Shown here: positions 29,122-40,383 of the stretch, one piece after another
How positions within the stretch are numbered: the first letter of the stretch is position 1
How the letters are laid out: each line of letters opens with the position of its first letter
DNA from: Flavobacteriaceae bacterium UBA7684
Lineage (GTDB): Bacteria > Bacteroidota > Bacteroidia > Flavobacteriales > Flavobacteriaceae
Assembly: GCA_002482885.1 (NCBI GenBank)
Contig: DLGW01000019.1
Span: forward strand, 6,111-70,110
Direction of reading: 5' to 3'
Length of the DNA: 64,000 bases
Notes under the pieces: model-generated
Database searches by the model: none
The model's input: only the letters and a program-made list of their open reading frames with translations
What the model was told of the DNA's origin: nothing
Translations under genes and position numbers: made by a program

Positions 29122-29955
29122 CTACCTCCCAAAAACCTTTGGTGAAAAACCAATCATTTTTTGAGTAAGCATAAACAATTCCGGGAATTCTTTCTTGAAT
29201 TGTTGCGGAGATTCAAAAAAGTGTTCTAAAATGACCGATACAAATTCAAATTCATTAGTGTAGGCATACACCCTAAAATATTCTGAATCAATTAAACGTT
29301 TTAAGTTAGGTGGATGTTTAACTTGTTTCATTAATACTTCATAATTATTGGCAAAAATCTGAGAACAAGTATTGCTTTTTTGTAATCCTTGGTGGTGTAA
29401 AATATGCGAAAATTCATGAATACCTAAGTTTAAGTTGTCGTTGGTAGTGTCATGTCCTTCCTTAAAATGTTTCCATGAAAAAACAATGGTTTTTAAACCT
29501 GGATTGTATTCGCCTTTATGGTATTCTTTGGTGATGTTCGAAAAATAGATGTCTGGGTAAACAATAACCTGAGAAAGTCTGTGGAATAAATAATTACGCA
29601 TACCAAAAGTGATCATGATTCCAGTAGCAGCAATTAAAATTTTTACTTCGTCGTTAATAACAAAACCTGCTCTGCTGTAAAAAGGATATTTTTTCAAGAA
29701 TTTATATACTCGGTGCTCAAAATATATTTGGTGTTTAGCCGATAATTTTTGGTAAAACGGAAATTGATTTCGTAAAATAGATTGTTGGGGTAGGCTTAAC
29801 TTTTTAGGAGATAAATAAAAATACCTGATTAAGGGTTGGTTAATAATTTGCTCAACAGTAGTTAATAAAACTTGAATGGTTGTATAAATAACCATTGTTA
29901 TTAAGATCAGTATACCAATTATTATAAAGATTAGATTAATTTCGATTGATTCCAT
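29122..29955 (-). CDS. Zinc-dependent peptidase, MtfA/M90-like, membrane anchored
   Basis: NLGIHEFSH, YAYTNEFEFVSVILEHFFE. Confidence 0.88.
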   Translation of the reverse strand: MESIEINLIFIIIGILILITMVIYTTIQVLLTTVEQIINQPLIRYFYLSPKKLSLPQQSILRNQFPFYQKLSAKHQIYFEHRVYKFLKKYPFYSRAGFVINDEVKILIAATGIMITFGMRNYLFHRLSQVIVYPDIYFSNITKEYHKGEYNPGLKTIVFSWKHFKEGHDTTNDNLNLGIHEFSHILHHQGLQKSNTCSQIFANNYEVLMKQVKHPPNLKRLIDSEYFRVYAYTNEFEFVSVILEHFFESPQQFKKEFPELFMLTQKMIGFSPKVFGR

Positions 29956-30087
29956 TTTTTTATAAAAAACGAAAATATAAATTAAAGTAATATTACCTCA
30001 TTAAATTAATTTTTAAAGAGAGGTTTTTTGTTAGTTTTGTTATATATCTCATCAACAAAGAGCTTTAAAAATCTGAAATATATTATT

Positions 30088-30963
30088 ATGCAAACCACCA
30101 TACAAAACCAATATTTAAAGGTAACCGCTAAAACAGCAGGTGCAGAATTAACTTCGGTATTTAGTAAAGTTCAAAATAAAGAATTGTTGTGGAATGCCAA
30201 TGCTGATTTCTGGCCACGCCATGCACCAGTGTTGTTTCCCATTGTAGGGAAGTTGAAAAATAATACATTTACCCATCAAGAAAAACATTACCAATTACCC
30301 CAACATGGGTTTGCCCGTGATAATAATTTTGAGCTAGAAAGTCAAACCGAAAACAGCTTAACATTTTTACTAAAAAGCAATGCAGAAACACTGTTAAAAT
30401 ATCCGTTTGATTTTGAATTAAGATTGCTATATGCCCTTGAAAATAACACGTTACACACACGATATGTAGTAAAAAATACAGGAAACGAAACACAATATTT
30501 TTCCATAGGAGCGCATCCAGCATTTATGTGTCCGTTGTTTGAAAATGAAAAATTAGAAGATTATTATTTAGTGTTTGAAAAACCCGAAACATTGGACAGA
30601 CATTTACTTGCAGATGGTTTATTTGATTACAGTACAGAATCGGTTTTAAGCCATCAAAACGAGTTGATATTAAACGAATATTTATTTGAAAAAGATGCTG
30701 TAGTGTTTAAAAACATGGCATCCCAAAAAGTGATATTAAAAAGCAATAAGTCAAATTACGCTTTAGAATTTACCTATAACGGATTTCCACATTTTGGCAT
30801 TTGGTCCAAAAAAGATTCCGGATTTTTGTGTTTAGAACCTTGGTGCGGATACTCTGATTACGTAGATGCCTCTGGCGAAATTGCTGAAAAACAAGCCATT
30901 CAAAGTTTAGAACCACAGGGCGTTTTTGAACGTACTTTTTCGGTAAAATTTAGTGGTTTTTAG
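30088..30963 (+). CDS. Aldose 1-epimerase family protein (LacX-like)
   Basis: GAEL, APVLFPIVG, QHGFAR, YPFDF, GAHPAF, CLEPW; ATG at 30088. Confidence 0.92.
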   Translation: MQTTIQNQYLKVTAKTAGAELTSVFSKVQNKELLWNANADFWPRHAPVLFPIVGKLKNNTFTHQEKHYQLPQHGFARDNNFELESQTENSLTFLLKSNAETLLKYPFDFELRLLYALENNTLHTRYVVKNTGNETQYFSIGAHPAFMCPLFENEKLEDYYLVFEKPETLDRHLLADGLFDYSTESVLSHQNELILNEYLFEKDAVVFKNMASQKVILKSNKSNYALEFTYNGFPHFGIWSKKDSGFLCLEPWCGYSDYVDASGEIAEKQAIQSLEPQGVFERTFSVKFSGF

Positions 30964-32243
30964 ATTAGATTTAGAATGCGTTCTAAAGCCATGCCCCTGG
31001 AACCTTTAATCAACAAACATTTATTTTGAATGTTTTTGTTTTTAGAGCTGTTGGCAAATTCATCATAAGATTTATAAAAACACATGTTTTTCGCTTCAAT
31101 TTGGTGCTCAAAAAAACGTTCCCCAATAAAACTGACGTGATTGTTCGGAAGGTTTTTTAATAGGTTTACAATTTGTGCATGTTCTTTACTGCTATCTTCT
31201 CCTAGTTCAAACATATCACCTAAAATTAACCATTTATTCTTTTTATTTAGCTTTAAAAAGTTGTCAATAGCTACTTGCATACTGCTAGGATTGGCGTTGT
31301 AGCAGTCTAAAATGATTTCATTGCCTTTGAGTTGAATTAACTGAGAACGGTTGTTAGAAGGGATATATCCCTCAATAGCTTCTTGTATAAGAATGTTGTC
31401 AATCTCAAAATACCTACCAATAGTAATTGCTGCATTGATGTTCGTTACATTGTAGTTGCCCACTAAGTTAGAGGTGATGGTTAGGTTTTCTAGTTTAGTT
31501 TGGGCAAATTCCCCACTTTCAACAGTGGGTAATATAATGTTGGCATTTTTGTCTTTAGTACTAAAAGTATATCTTTTAATTTTACTGGTTTTGCTTTTTT
31601 GGATTTCATCGTCCAAATTAACAAAAGCCATTTTTTGGTTAGCTTTTAAAAAGTCGTAGAGTTCACTTTTACCTTTAATTACACCTTCTATGCCACCAAA
31701 ACCTTCTAAGTGAGCTTTTCCAAAATTGGTAATATACCCATAATCAGGTTGGGCAATCTTACATAAGAACTCAATCTCTTTTTGATGATTAGCACCCATT
31801 TCTACAATACCAATTTCAGTACTTTCATCAAAAGAGAGTATGGTAAGGGGTACGCCAATATGGTTGTTTAAATTCCCTATGGTTGCTTTTGCTGTGAATT
31901 TTTTAGATAGAACTACCTGAATTAATTCTTTAGAAGTTGTTTTTCCATTACTACCTGTTAAAGCTATAATCGGTAGTTCTAAAAAATTCCTGTGAAAGGT
32001 AGCTAATTCTTGTAATGTTTTTAAAACATCCGCCACTAGGATGGTTCTTTCGTCCAGATAGAATTTTTCATTATCTATAATTACAAAAGCAGCACCTTTA
32101 TTTAAGGCTTCTTCGGCAAAAGAGTTTGCATCAAAGTTTTCTCCTTTTAAACAAAAGAAAATACAATTAGGTTCAATTTTTCGAGTGTCGGTACAAACGG
32201 TCTGAAATTTTAAAAATAATTGGTGAATTTTTTCGATGTTCAT
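30960..32243 (-). CDS. murF: UDP-N-acetylmuramoyl-tripeptide--D-alanyl-D-alanine ligase
   Basis: TGSNGKTT, GNLNNHIGVP, EMGANH, DCYNANPSSM, KGSRGMALE. Confidence 0.97.
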   Translation of the reverse strand: MNIEKIHQLFLKFQTVCTDTRKIEPNCIFFCLKGENFDANSFAEEALNKGAAFVIIDNEKFYLDERTILVADVLKTLQELATFHRNFLELPIIALTGSNGKTTSKELIQVVLSKKFTAKATIGNLNNHIGVPLTILSFDESTEIGIVEMGANHQKEIEFLCKIAQPDYGYITNFGKAHLEGFGGIEGVIKGKSELYDFLKANQKMAFVNLDDEIQKSKTSKIKRYTFSTKDKNANIILPTVESGEFAQTKLENLTITSNLVGNYNVTNINAAITIGRYFEIDNILIQEAIEGYIPSNNRSQLIQLKGNEIILDCYNANPSSMQVAIDNFLKLNKKNKWLILGDMFELGEDSSKEHAQIVNLLKNLPNNHVSFIGERFFEHQIEAKNMCFYKSYDEFANSSKNKNIQNKCLLIKGSRGMALERILNLI

Positions 32244-32257
32244 AAGAATAAGGTATT

Positions 32258-32284
32258 AAAAAAGCCCTAATATAGGGCTTTTTT
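32258..32284 (-). terminator. Intrinsic terminator downstream of gldJ
   Basis: AAAAAAGCCCTA-ata-TAGGGCTTTTTT. Confidence 0.8.
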
Positions 32285-32304
32285 GAAAGTTTTTAAAACA
32301 ATTA

Positions 32305-33975
32305 CTATCGTACGTGTCTTGGTTTTCTTTTATTTTTAGATTTAGATCCTACTCTAGACATGGCACATCTAAATCCGATGTAATCGGTAGCCATATCTTC
32401 TGGGTAAAATCTTCTTTGTGCAGGGTCTAGCCAATATTCTCTATCTTTCCAAGAACCACCTTTGTAAACTCTAACATTGTCGTTAATTAACGTTTTACGT
32501 TTTCCAGTAGCATCATGTTTTTTGATGATGTTTCCTACACTATCACGTTTAATAGAGTGTATAGGTGAATTATACATTCTTTTAGCGTCTTTTTTAGTAG
32601 CAGCGGCATCTTCTGTTTCTACTTCTTTGTAGAATTGTGTAGAAGGTTTATCTCCATCTCTGTAGTTTTTATTGTCACTGGTAGAGAAGTTATGTCTTAA
32701 GTAAGTTTCATTTTCATCAACAGGAACTTCTATAATTTGTCCAGGGAAACTTTTGTTAATGATTTTACCATTGCTTAAAGTATCGTATTTCATGTTTTCA
32801 GAAGTATACATTTCTGCTCTTCTTTCAGGACCGATTTTATTTTTAGTATATACGTTACCTCTAAAATAGTTGAAATCATTCATTTCAAAATCTACAATAG
32901 GTCTGTAAATATCAGCTACCCACTCCGATACGTTACCTGCCATGTCATACAACCCAAAATCGTTCGGAGGGAATGATTTTGTTTTTGCAGTAATATCAGC
33001 ACCGTCATCAGACCAACCTGCGATTCCGCCGTAATCTCCTTTACCTTGTTTAAAGTTGGCTAATTGTAATCCTTTTTCTCCTGAACTACCTGCTCTGGTG
33101 TAAGCTCCGTTCCAAGGGTATTTCTTTTGACCTCGGTACATGTTGTATTCGCGATTTCCTACCATGGAAACAGCGGCGTATTCCCACTCGCTTTCGGTTG
33201 GTAATCTATATTCTGGCAAAATAATACCTGTTGTTCTTTGTGCGAAAACGTTTCTGGCATCCTCTTTTTGAGCTAAACGATTGCCTCTTCCTCTAAAGAC
33301 CAATTCTTCATTACCGCTAAATGTAGCTGTAGGGGTATCAATATAAGCTTCTGTACTAAAAATATTATCTGCATCAACTGCTAGGATTTTAGAGTCACGC
33401 TTTAAGAAACCTTCTCTTTCTAATACAGATTCGTTTACACGGTCTGTTCTCCATTTAGCAAATTCTACTGCTTGTAACCAATTTACACCAACTACTGGAT
33501 AATCTGCATACGCAGGATGTCTTAAGTAGTTTTTAGTCATAGTTTCGTTAAATCCTAAACGGTCTCTCCAAACTAAAGTATCTGGGATTGCTCCATAGTA
33601 TATGTATTGAAAACGATCTTCTTCAGGAGGAAATACTTTTTTTAACCAATCTAAGTACTCCATATACATGATGTTGGTAACTTCGGTTTCATCCATGTAA
33701 AACGATTGTACGTGTTGTTGTGTTGGGGTATTATTCCAATCTTTCATCACATCGTCTTGAACTTTACCTCTGGTAAAGGTACCTCCTTCAACAAAAACTA
33801 AACCTGGTCCGGTTTCTTGTTCTTTAAAAGCAGAATTGAATTGAAATCCACCTTTGGGATTGTTCATGCTCCATCCTGTTCCAGAAGAAGTTCTTCTACT
33901 TGGACCACCACAAGACACTAAAAAAGTTGAAATTAATCCTAAAAACAACAGCCTAGAAAAAGCTTTTTTCTTCAT
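32305..33975 (-). CDS. gldJ: Gliding motility lipoprotein GldJ
   Basis: Lipobox LVSC; QDDVMKDWNN, FYMDETEVTN, YRLPTESEWEYAA, ANFKQGKGDYGGIAGWSDDG; murF-gldJ-porU synteny. Confidence 0.95.
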   Translation of the reverse strand: MKKKAFSRLLFLGLISTFLVSCGGPSRRTSSGTGWSMNNPKGGFQFNSAFKEQETGPGLVFVEGGTFTRGKVQDDVMKDWNNTPTQQHVQSFYMDETEVTNIMYMEYLDWLKKVFPPEEDRFQYIYYGAIPDTLVWRDRLGFNETMTKNYLRHPAYADYPVVGVNWLQAVEFAKWRTDRVNESVLEREGFLKRDSKILAVDADNIFSTEAYIDTPTATFSGNEELVFRGRGNRLAQKEDARNVFAQRTTGIILPEYRLPTESEWEYAAVSMVGNREYNMYRGQKKYPWNGAYTRAGSSGEKGLQLANFKQGKGDYGGIAGWSDDGADITAKTKSFPPNDFGLYDMAGNVSEWVADIYRPIVDFEMNDFNYFRGNVYTKNKIGPERRAEMYTSENMKYDTLSNGKIINKSFPGQIIEVPVDENETYLRHNFSTSDNKNYRDGDKPSTQFYKEVETEDAAATKKDAKRMYNSPIHSIKRDSVGNIIKKHDATGKRKTLINDNVRVYKGGSWKDREYWLDPAQRRFYPEDMATDYIGFRCAMSRVGSKSKNKRKPRHVR

Positions 33976-34168
33976 ATTTGTTATAAATTGAATGCTATAA
34001 AAACAGTCACGCAATATAATTAAAAATCTGAAAACAAACATTCGTCTTTAAAAATATTTAAAACATTGGTTAAATTACTTTTAAAATGATTTCTAATGGT
34101 GGTTGCGCCTAACTAATTAATTTATATTTGAATTTTGTTATTATTATTAAAATTTGTGCTCATCAAAT

Positions 34169-37100
34169 ATGAAAAAATTAATTTTCCTTGTATTGTTCTT
34201 GATTAGTTTTTGTGGATTTTCTCAGCAAACAAAGTCTTTTTCTATAGATTGGTTGGGTAGTTTTAAATACGAAATTGAAAATAATTCTTATAACTTACCT
34301 CGATTCTCTGCGGAAAACTTTGTTTTTAATCCAGATAACCGATCTTTAAAGTTTAGGATTTACTTTAAAGATGAGGCTTTAGTAGATGAAAATTCCCTCC
34401 AGGTTTCAGATTTAGTCTTGCAATCAATAAATAATCAAGATTTAGGTGATTTAGATATAAGTCAAATCCCAACAGATATAAATGCACTATTATATTCTAG
34501 AAAATCAAGAGAAGATATCGGTACTGTGCTGGAATGTAGTCCTTTAATTCTTCAGAACGGAATCGTTAAAAAAGTAATTTCTTTTCAAATAAGTTATCAA
34601 TATCAAAAAAACATATCTAATCGGATTGCAGCTAAAGCATTGGGTATGGAAAATTCAGTTTTAGCTTCTGGAAACTGGTATCGTTTTTCTTTACAAAAAT
34701 CAGGAGCTTACAAGTTAACAAAAGACTTTTTAGAAAAAATAGGATTAAAATTATCGGGTATTGATCCAAAAAATATTAAGGTTTTTGGTAATGGGGGAAG
34801 GATGTTGCCTTTGTCTAATTCGGTAAATTATCCTAATGATTTACAAGAAGTTAGTGTAAGGTTTGTAGGGGATGCTGATGCTGTGTTTGAAAATGATGAG
34901 TTTTTGGTTTTTTACGGAGAAGGTGTTGATCAATGGAATGAAGAAAATCAAACGCATTTAAATTTATATGACAATCGATCTTATTATTATGTATTGGTTG
35001 GAAACGATTCAGCAAAAGAGATGTCGATTACGACAACGCCTACTGAATCGCCCTCTGTTTTTATTAATACGTATGATGAATATCAATTTTATGAAGTTGA
35101 TACCAATAATCCCGTAAGATTGGGAAGAAAGTGGGTAGGGGATGATTTTTCTACACAAAGTAGCAGAAATTACACCTTTAAATTTGCTAATATTGATTTA
35201 ACGAAACCATTGTTTATAAAAGTAAATGCGATAGCATCATCAAATATTGGTAGTTTAATTTTGTTGAGTTATAATAAAACAACTTTAGGGAGTGTTAGTT
35301 TTCAGGCAATTCCTGCAGAATCTTCAGAAAGAGCAAGGGAAAATTCTTTGTATACTAGTTTTTTTTCTACTAGTCCTGATGTGGTTGTTAATATGACTTA
35401 TAACAATAATAATATTCCAAGTGCACAAGCATATTTGGATTATGTTTGGGTTAAAGCCACATCGTTTTTAAAAGGTTACGGAAAACAATTTATGTTTAAG
35501 TACGATATGGCGGTAACCTCTAATCAAGTTGCGGAATATCAAATCTCGAACGCTTCGGGCATAAATGAAGTTTGGGATTTGTCCGATATTTATAATGTAA
35601 CCAGATCAGTTAATTCTTCACAAAACAATTTTTCGTTTAAAGTTCAATTGGGCAAAGCGGTTAATTATTTAGCGGTTGATTTTAATGATTTGTATACGCC
35701 TTCTACTGAATTTTCGGGTAGGGTAGCAAATCAAAACATAAAAGGAGAAGTTTTTTTAAATGCTTCGGGTAATATGGACGATGTGGATTATTTGATTATT
35801 ACTGCAAATAGCTATAAAAGTCAGGCTCAAAAATTAGCGTCATTTCATCAAAATAATTCAGGTTTAAAAACCAAAGTAGTTACTTTAAATGAAATTTATC
35901 ATGAGTTTTCTTCGGGTAAACAAGATGTGGCAGCAATTAGAAATTTAGTAAAGTATGTGTATAACAATGCCAATTCTTTGGAAAGCAGAGTTAAATATGT
36001 TTGTTTGTTTGGTGGAGCATCCTATGATTATAAAGATAGAATACCTAATAACACCAATATAGTGCCTGTTTTTCATTCTATAAATGGGTTCTCATTAGCT
36101 ACTACTTTTATGTCTGATGATTTTTATGGATTGATGGATGTTAATGAAGGAAACATGCAAACGCTTGGAGGAATTGATGTGGCAGCTGGTCGAATGGTTT
36201 TTAATAATGTAACCGAGGCAGAAACCGTAGTTAATAAAGTAATCAATTATTATTCAAAGGATTCTTATGGTCCATGGAGGAACGATGTTGTTTTGCTTTC
36301 TGATGATGTGGATGCAGATTGGGAGGCCGTAATACAGCAAGGTTTGGATGATTTAGGAAAAACTTTAGTAGTTGAACGCCCTTTTATTAATGTTCGAAAA
36401 ATTCATTCAGATGCTTATGTGCAAGAAACTTCATCTGGTGGGCAACGCTATCCTGAAGTCCGAAAAGAAATCGTAAGAACTTTAGAAAAAGGAGTCCTGT
36501 TATTGGATTATTTTGGACACGGAGGAGAAGACGGCTTGGCTAAGGAAAGAATTCTAGAAAAAATAGATGTTCAACAATTATCAAATGCCAATCATTTACC
36601 GTTAATAATTACAGCTACCTGTGAATTTTCTAGATTTGATAATCCATACCGACCTACAGCTGGGGAATACGTTTACTTAAATACTAAAGGCGGAGCTGTT
36701 TCTTTAATTTCCACAACGCGCCAAATAGGGGTGACTACAGGTTTGAATTTTAACGAGCAATTAATGAGTCAACTATTTGCCTATAAAGGGTTGGAATATC
36801 CGACGGTAGCTGATGCTTTACGTAAAACTAAAAATATTTCTACTAGTTCAGGAGTAAATATCATTAGTTATATAGGTGATCCAGCACTTAAATTGGCTAT
36901 TCCTAAACCAAAAATTGTTTTAACACATATTAATGATGTGCCAGTCGGAACAGCAACAGATACTTTAAAAGCGTTAAGCTTGATTAAATTAAAAGGTTTA
37001 GTATCAGACGCAATGGGTAATGTGGTTTCAGATTATAATGGAGCAATTGTGGTAAATGTGTTTGATAAAAATGTTCAAACCAAAACTTTAGGAAACGATA

Positions 37101-38008
37101 ATACGTTGAATACTTCGAGCCAAAAAATAATTATGGATTTTGAAGTTTTAGGAGAAACTGTTTTTAAAGGAAATGCATCTGTAAAAAATGGAATTTTTGA
37201 AGTTTCTTTTGTAGTTCCTAAAGATATTAAAATGCCTGTAGGGAATGGTCGGGTAAGTTTTTATAGTAGAGACGAAAATTTTAAACAAGATTTTACGGGT
37301 TATGAATCTCAAATAAAAGTAGGAGCATACAACAATGAAGCTGTTGCCGATAATATCCCGCCTAAGGTTAGGTTGTATATGAATAACGATAATTTTGTTT
37401 CAGGAGGAATTGTAAACACTTCTCCTATACTAATTGCTTACATAGAAGACGAAAATGGAGTTAATACTTCAGGAGGAATTGGTCACGATATTGTGGCTTA
37501 TTTAGATGGAGATGAAACCAAGCCTTTTATTTTAAATGATTTTTATGAAACCAATTTAGATGATTATAAGTCTGGAAAAGTGAACTATAAATTGTTTAAC
37601 CTAGAAAAAGGCATGCATACCATTCAATTTAGAGTTTGGGATGTGTACAATAATCCAACTACTATGGAAATACAGTTTTACGTAGCCGATAATGAGCAGT
37701 TAGTATTAGATAAAGTATTGAATTATCCGAATCCATTTATTAATTATACCGAATTTTGGTTTCAGCACAATAAACCTAACGAACCCTTAGAGGTTCAGGT
37801 TCAGGTTTTTACCGTTAGTGGAAAATTGATAAAAACCATTAATCAATTAGTGGTGAACGATGGTTTTTTATCCAGAGACATTCGTTGGGATGGTTTAGAT
37901 GATTTCGGAGATAAAATAGGAAAAGGAGTTTATGTATATAAATTGTCTGTAAAATCTACTTTAAGCAATCAGCGCGCAGAAAAGTATGAAAAGCTTGTTA
38001 TTTTTTAA
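34169..38008 (+). CDS. porU: Type IX secretion system sortase PorU (C25 peptidase)
   Basis: SVLASGNWY, EFSSGKQDV, YFGHGG and TATCEFSRFD dyad motifs, CTD NYPNPF. Confidence 0.95.
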   Translation: MKKLIFLVLFLISFCGFSQQTKSFSIDWLGSFKYEIENNSYNLPRFSAENFVFNPDNRSLKFRIYFKDEALVDENSLQVSDLVLQSINNQDLGDLDISQIPTDINALLYSRKSREDIGTVLECSPLILQNGIVKKVISFQISYQYQKNISNRIAAKALGMENSVLASGNWYRFSLQKSGAYKLTKDFLEKIGLKLSGIDPKNIKVFGNGGRMLPLSNSVNYPNDLQEVSVRFVGDADAVFENDEFLVFYGEGVDQWNEENQTHLNLYDNRSYYYVLVGNDSAKEMSITTTPTESPSVFINTYDEYQFYEVDTNNPVRLGRKWVGDDFSTQSSRNYTFKFANIDLTKPLFIKVNAIASSNIGSLILLSYNKTTLGSVSFQAIPAESSERARENSLYTSFFSTSPDVVVNMTYNNNNIPSAQAYLDYVWVKATSFLKGYGKQFMFKYDMAVTSNQVAEYQISNASGINEVWDLSDIYNVTRSVNSSQNNFSFKVQLGKAVNYLAVDFNDLYTPSTEFSGRVANQNIKGEVFLNASGNMDDVDYLIITANSYKSQAQKLASFHQNNSGLKTKVVTLNEIYHEFSSGKQDVAAIRNLVKYVYNNANSLESRVKYVCLFGGASYDYKDRIPNNTNIVPVFHSINGFSLATTFMSDDFYGLMDVNEGNMQTLGGIDVAAGRMVFNNVTEAETVVNKVINYYSKDSYGPWRNDVVLLSDDVDADWEAVIQQGLDDLGKTLVVERPFINVRKIHSDAYVQETSSGGQRYPEVRKEIVRTLEKGVLLLDYFGHGGEDGLAKERILEKIDVQQLSNANHLPLIITATCEFSRFDNPYRPTAGEYVYLNTKGGAVSLISTTRQIGVTTGLNFNEQLMSQLFAYKGLEYPTVADALRKTKNISTSSGVNIISYIGDPALKLAIPKPKIVLTHINDVPVGTATDTLKALSLIKLKGLVSDAMGNVVSDYNGAIVVNVFDKNVQTKTLGNDNTLNTSSQKIIMDFEVLGETVFKGNASVKNGIFEVSFVVPKDIKMPVGNGRVSFYSRDENFKQDFTGYESQIKVGAYNNEAVADNIPPKVRLYMNNDNFVSGGIVNTSPILIAYIEDENGVNTSGGIGHDIVAYLDGDETKPFILNDFYETNLDDYKSGKVNYKLFNLEKGMHTIQFRVWDVYNNPTTMEIQFYVADNEQLVLDKVLNYPNPFINYTEFWFQHNKPNEPLEVQVQVFTVSGKLIKTINQLVVNDGFLSRDIRWDGLDDFGDKIGKGVYVYKLSVKSTLSNQRAEKYEKLVIF

Positions 38009-38048
38009 TAATAGTTTATATTTGTTTTTCCAAAATTTCCCAATTTTC

Positions 38049-39224
38049 ATGAGAAAGATATTTTATACCCTTCTAATTTTATTAAGTTTCTACGGTATTT
38101 ATGCTCAAAATACAGAACGTATTATAACCACAGGAGTTCCTTTTTTACTAGTAAACCCAGACGCTAGAGCAGGTGGTATGGGGGATCAAGGAGTAGCAAC
38201 TTCCGCAGACGCCTATTCACAGTATTGGAATCCTGCAAAATATCCCTTTGCTAAAGCAACAAGTGGTGTTTCTGTGAGTTATACTCCTTATTTAACAGCT
38301 CTAGTGAACGATTTGAATTTAAGTCAGTTGACTTATTTTCAAAAATTAGATGACAGAAGTTCCTTTTCTGGAGGATTCAGATATTTTAATTTAGGAGAAA
38401 TTGAATTTAGAAAAACCGCGGATGATCCCGCAGTGATTAGAAAACCAAATGAATTAGCTTTCGAAGGGGCTTACGCTTTAAAATGGTCTAACCAATTCGC
38501 GATGTCCGTAACAGGTAGATATATTCGTTCTAATTTAAAAGTCCCAGAAACTGATGCAGATGCTTCTGCAGCTAATGCTTTTGCAGTTGATATTGCAGGG
38601 TTTTATGAATCTAAAGAATTTGCTTTAAGTGGTTTTATCGGAAAATATCGTGCAGGTTTTAACATTCAAAATATTGGTCCAAAAATCAAGTATAACGCAG
38701 ATGGGGTTCAAAATTTTTTACCTACCAATTTAAAAGCAGGTGCGGGTTTTGATTTTATATTGGATCAATACAACACCATTTCAGTCACAGGAGAAATCAG
38801 TAAGTTAATGGTGCCTACACCACAAAGCGTTACAGATTTAAATGGAGACGGAGTGATTGATACACAAGATTCTCAGATTAACAGCAATAATTATAACAGC
38901 ATTGGTTGGTCTTCAGGGATGTTTAAATCATTTAATGATGCTCCGGGAGGGTTTAGCGAAGAAATGAGAGAAATAATTTGGTCTTTAGGGGCTGAATATT
39001 GGTATCAAGAATCCTTTGCGTTGCGTACAGGATATTACCACGAAAGTCAAATGAAAGGATTTAGAAAATTCTATACCATAGGGGCAGGTTTTAAATATAA
39101 TGTCTTCAATATAGATTTATCTTATATATTCTCTACGTCAAATATTCCAAACCCGTTAGAAGGTACTTTGCGTTTCTCACTAACTTTCAATTTTGGAGAA
39201 AAAGTTAAAAAATCAGAAGAATAA
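38049..39224 (+). CDS. porV: Type IX secretion system outer-membrane shuttle PorV
   Basis: ITTGVPFL..PDARAGGMGD.GVATSAD..WNPAKY..NPLEGTLRFSL; follows porU. Confidence 0.95.
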   Translation: MRKIFYTLLILLSFYGIYAQNTERIITTGVPFLLVNPDARAGGMGDQGVATSADAYSQYWNPAKYPFAKATSGVSVSYTPYLTALVNDLNLSQLTYFQKLDDRSSFSGGFRYFNLGEIEFRKTADDPAVIRKPNELAFEGAYALKWSNQFAMSVTGRYIRSNLKVPETDADASAANAFAVDIAGFYESKEFALSGFIGKYRAGFNIQNIGPKIKYNADGVQNFLPTNLKAGAGFDFILDQYNTISVTGEISKLMVPTPQSVTDLNGDGVIDTQDSQINSNNYNSIGWSSGMFKSFNDAPGGFSEEMREIIWSLGAEYWYQESFALRTGYYHESQMKGFRKFYTIGAGFKYNVFNIDLSYIFSTSNIPNPLEGTLRFSLTFNFGEKVKKSEE

Positions 39225-39241
39225 ACTTCTGATTTTTTTTT
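39207..39241 (+). terminator. Intrinsic terminator overlapping the porV stop
   Basis: AAAAAATCAGAAG-aataaa-CTTCTGATTTTTTTTT. Confidence 0.75.
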
Positions 39242-39378
39242 AAAAAAAAATAAGATTCATTTCGTCTTATTGGCTAATATGTTATTTTTGCAATCGTGTT
39301 TATTAGGTTGGTTTTCGTTTGTGTTTTTTTGTGAAGACGAGAACATCCTAAATTTTTGATAATAAATATAAATTAAGT

Positions 39379-40377
39379 ATGAAAAAAATTGACAAAGATG
39401 TTTATTTGAGTTGGTACGAGAATATGTCTTTTTGGAGAAAGTTCGAAGATAAGTTAGCTGCGTTATACATTCAACAAAAGGTAAGAGGCTTTTTACATTT
39501 ATACAATGGTCAGGAAGCTGTACTTGCAGGAGCATTACATGCTATGGATTTGTCAAAAGACAAAATGATTACCGCTTACCGAAATCACGTGCAACCTATT
39601 GGAATGGGGGTAGATCCTCGCAGGGTAATGGCTGAGTTGTTAGGGAAAGCTACCGGAACTTCGAAAGGATTAGGGGGATCTATGCATATTTTTTCTAAGG
39701 AACACCGTTTTTATGGTGGGCACGGAATTGTAGGTGCTCAAATTCCATTAGGAGCAGGATTGGCTTTCGCAGATAAATACTTTGATAGAAAAGCAGTTAC
39801 TTTGACTTATTTTGGAGACGGTGCTGCAAGACAAGGTTCTTTGCACGAAGCTTTTAATATGGCGATGTTATGGAAATTACCCGTAGTGTTTATTGTAGAA
39901 AACAATGGATATGCTATGGGAACTTCTGTAGAAAGAACCGCTAATCATACGGATATTTGGAAATTAGGATTAGGCTATGAAATGCCTTGTGGTCCTGTTG
40001 ATGGAATGAATCCTATAAAAGTAGCCGAGGCGATGTACGAGGCGATTGAAAGAGCCAGACGTGGCGATGGTCCTACTTTTTTAGAAATGAAAACTTATAG
40101 ATACAGAGGACATTCTATGTCTGATGCACAACATTACCGAACAAAAGACGAAGTAGAAGAATACCGTAAAATAGATCCAATTACTCAAGTTTTAGATGTA
40201 ATTAAAGAAAATAAGTACGCAACAGACTCCGAAATTGAAGCTATTGACGAACGTGTGAAAAGTTTAGTAGAAGAATGTGAAAAATTCGCAGAAGAATCTC
40301 CTTTTCCAGATACAAGCGTAATGTACGATGTTGTTTACGACCAAGAAAATTATCCATTTTTACCTCACAAACTATAA
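39379..40377 (+). CDS. pdhA: Pyruvate dehydrogenase E1 alpha subunit
   Basis: GFLHLYNGQEA, GDGA..ENN TPP motif, YRYRGHSMSD. Confidence 0.97.
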   Translation: MKKIDKDVYLSWYENMSFWRKFEDKLAALYIQQKVRGFLHLYNGQEAVLAGALHAMDLSKDKMITAYRNHVQPIGMGVDPRRVMAELLGKATGTSKGLGGSMHIFSKEHRFYGGHGIVGAQIPLGAGLAFADKYFDRKAVTLTYFGDGAARQGSLHEAFNMAMLWKLPVVFIVENNGYAMGTSVERTANHTDIWKLGLGYEMPCGPVDGMNPIKVAEAMYEAIERARRGDGPTFLEMKTYRYRGHSMSDAQHYRTKDEVEEYRKIDPITQVLDVIKENKYATDSEIEAIDERVKSLVEECEKFAEESPFPDTSVMYDVVYDQENYPFLPHKL

Positions 40378-40383
40378 AAGATT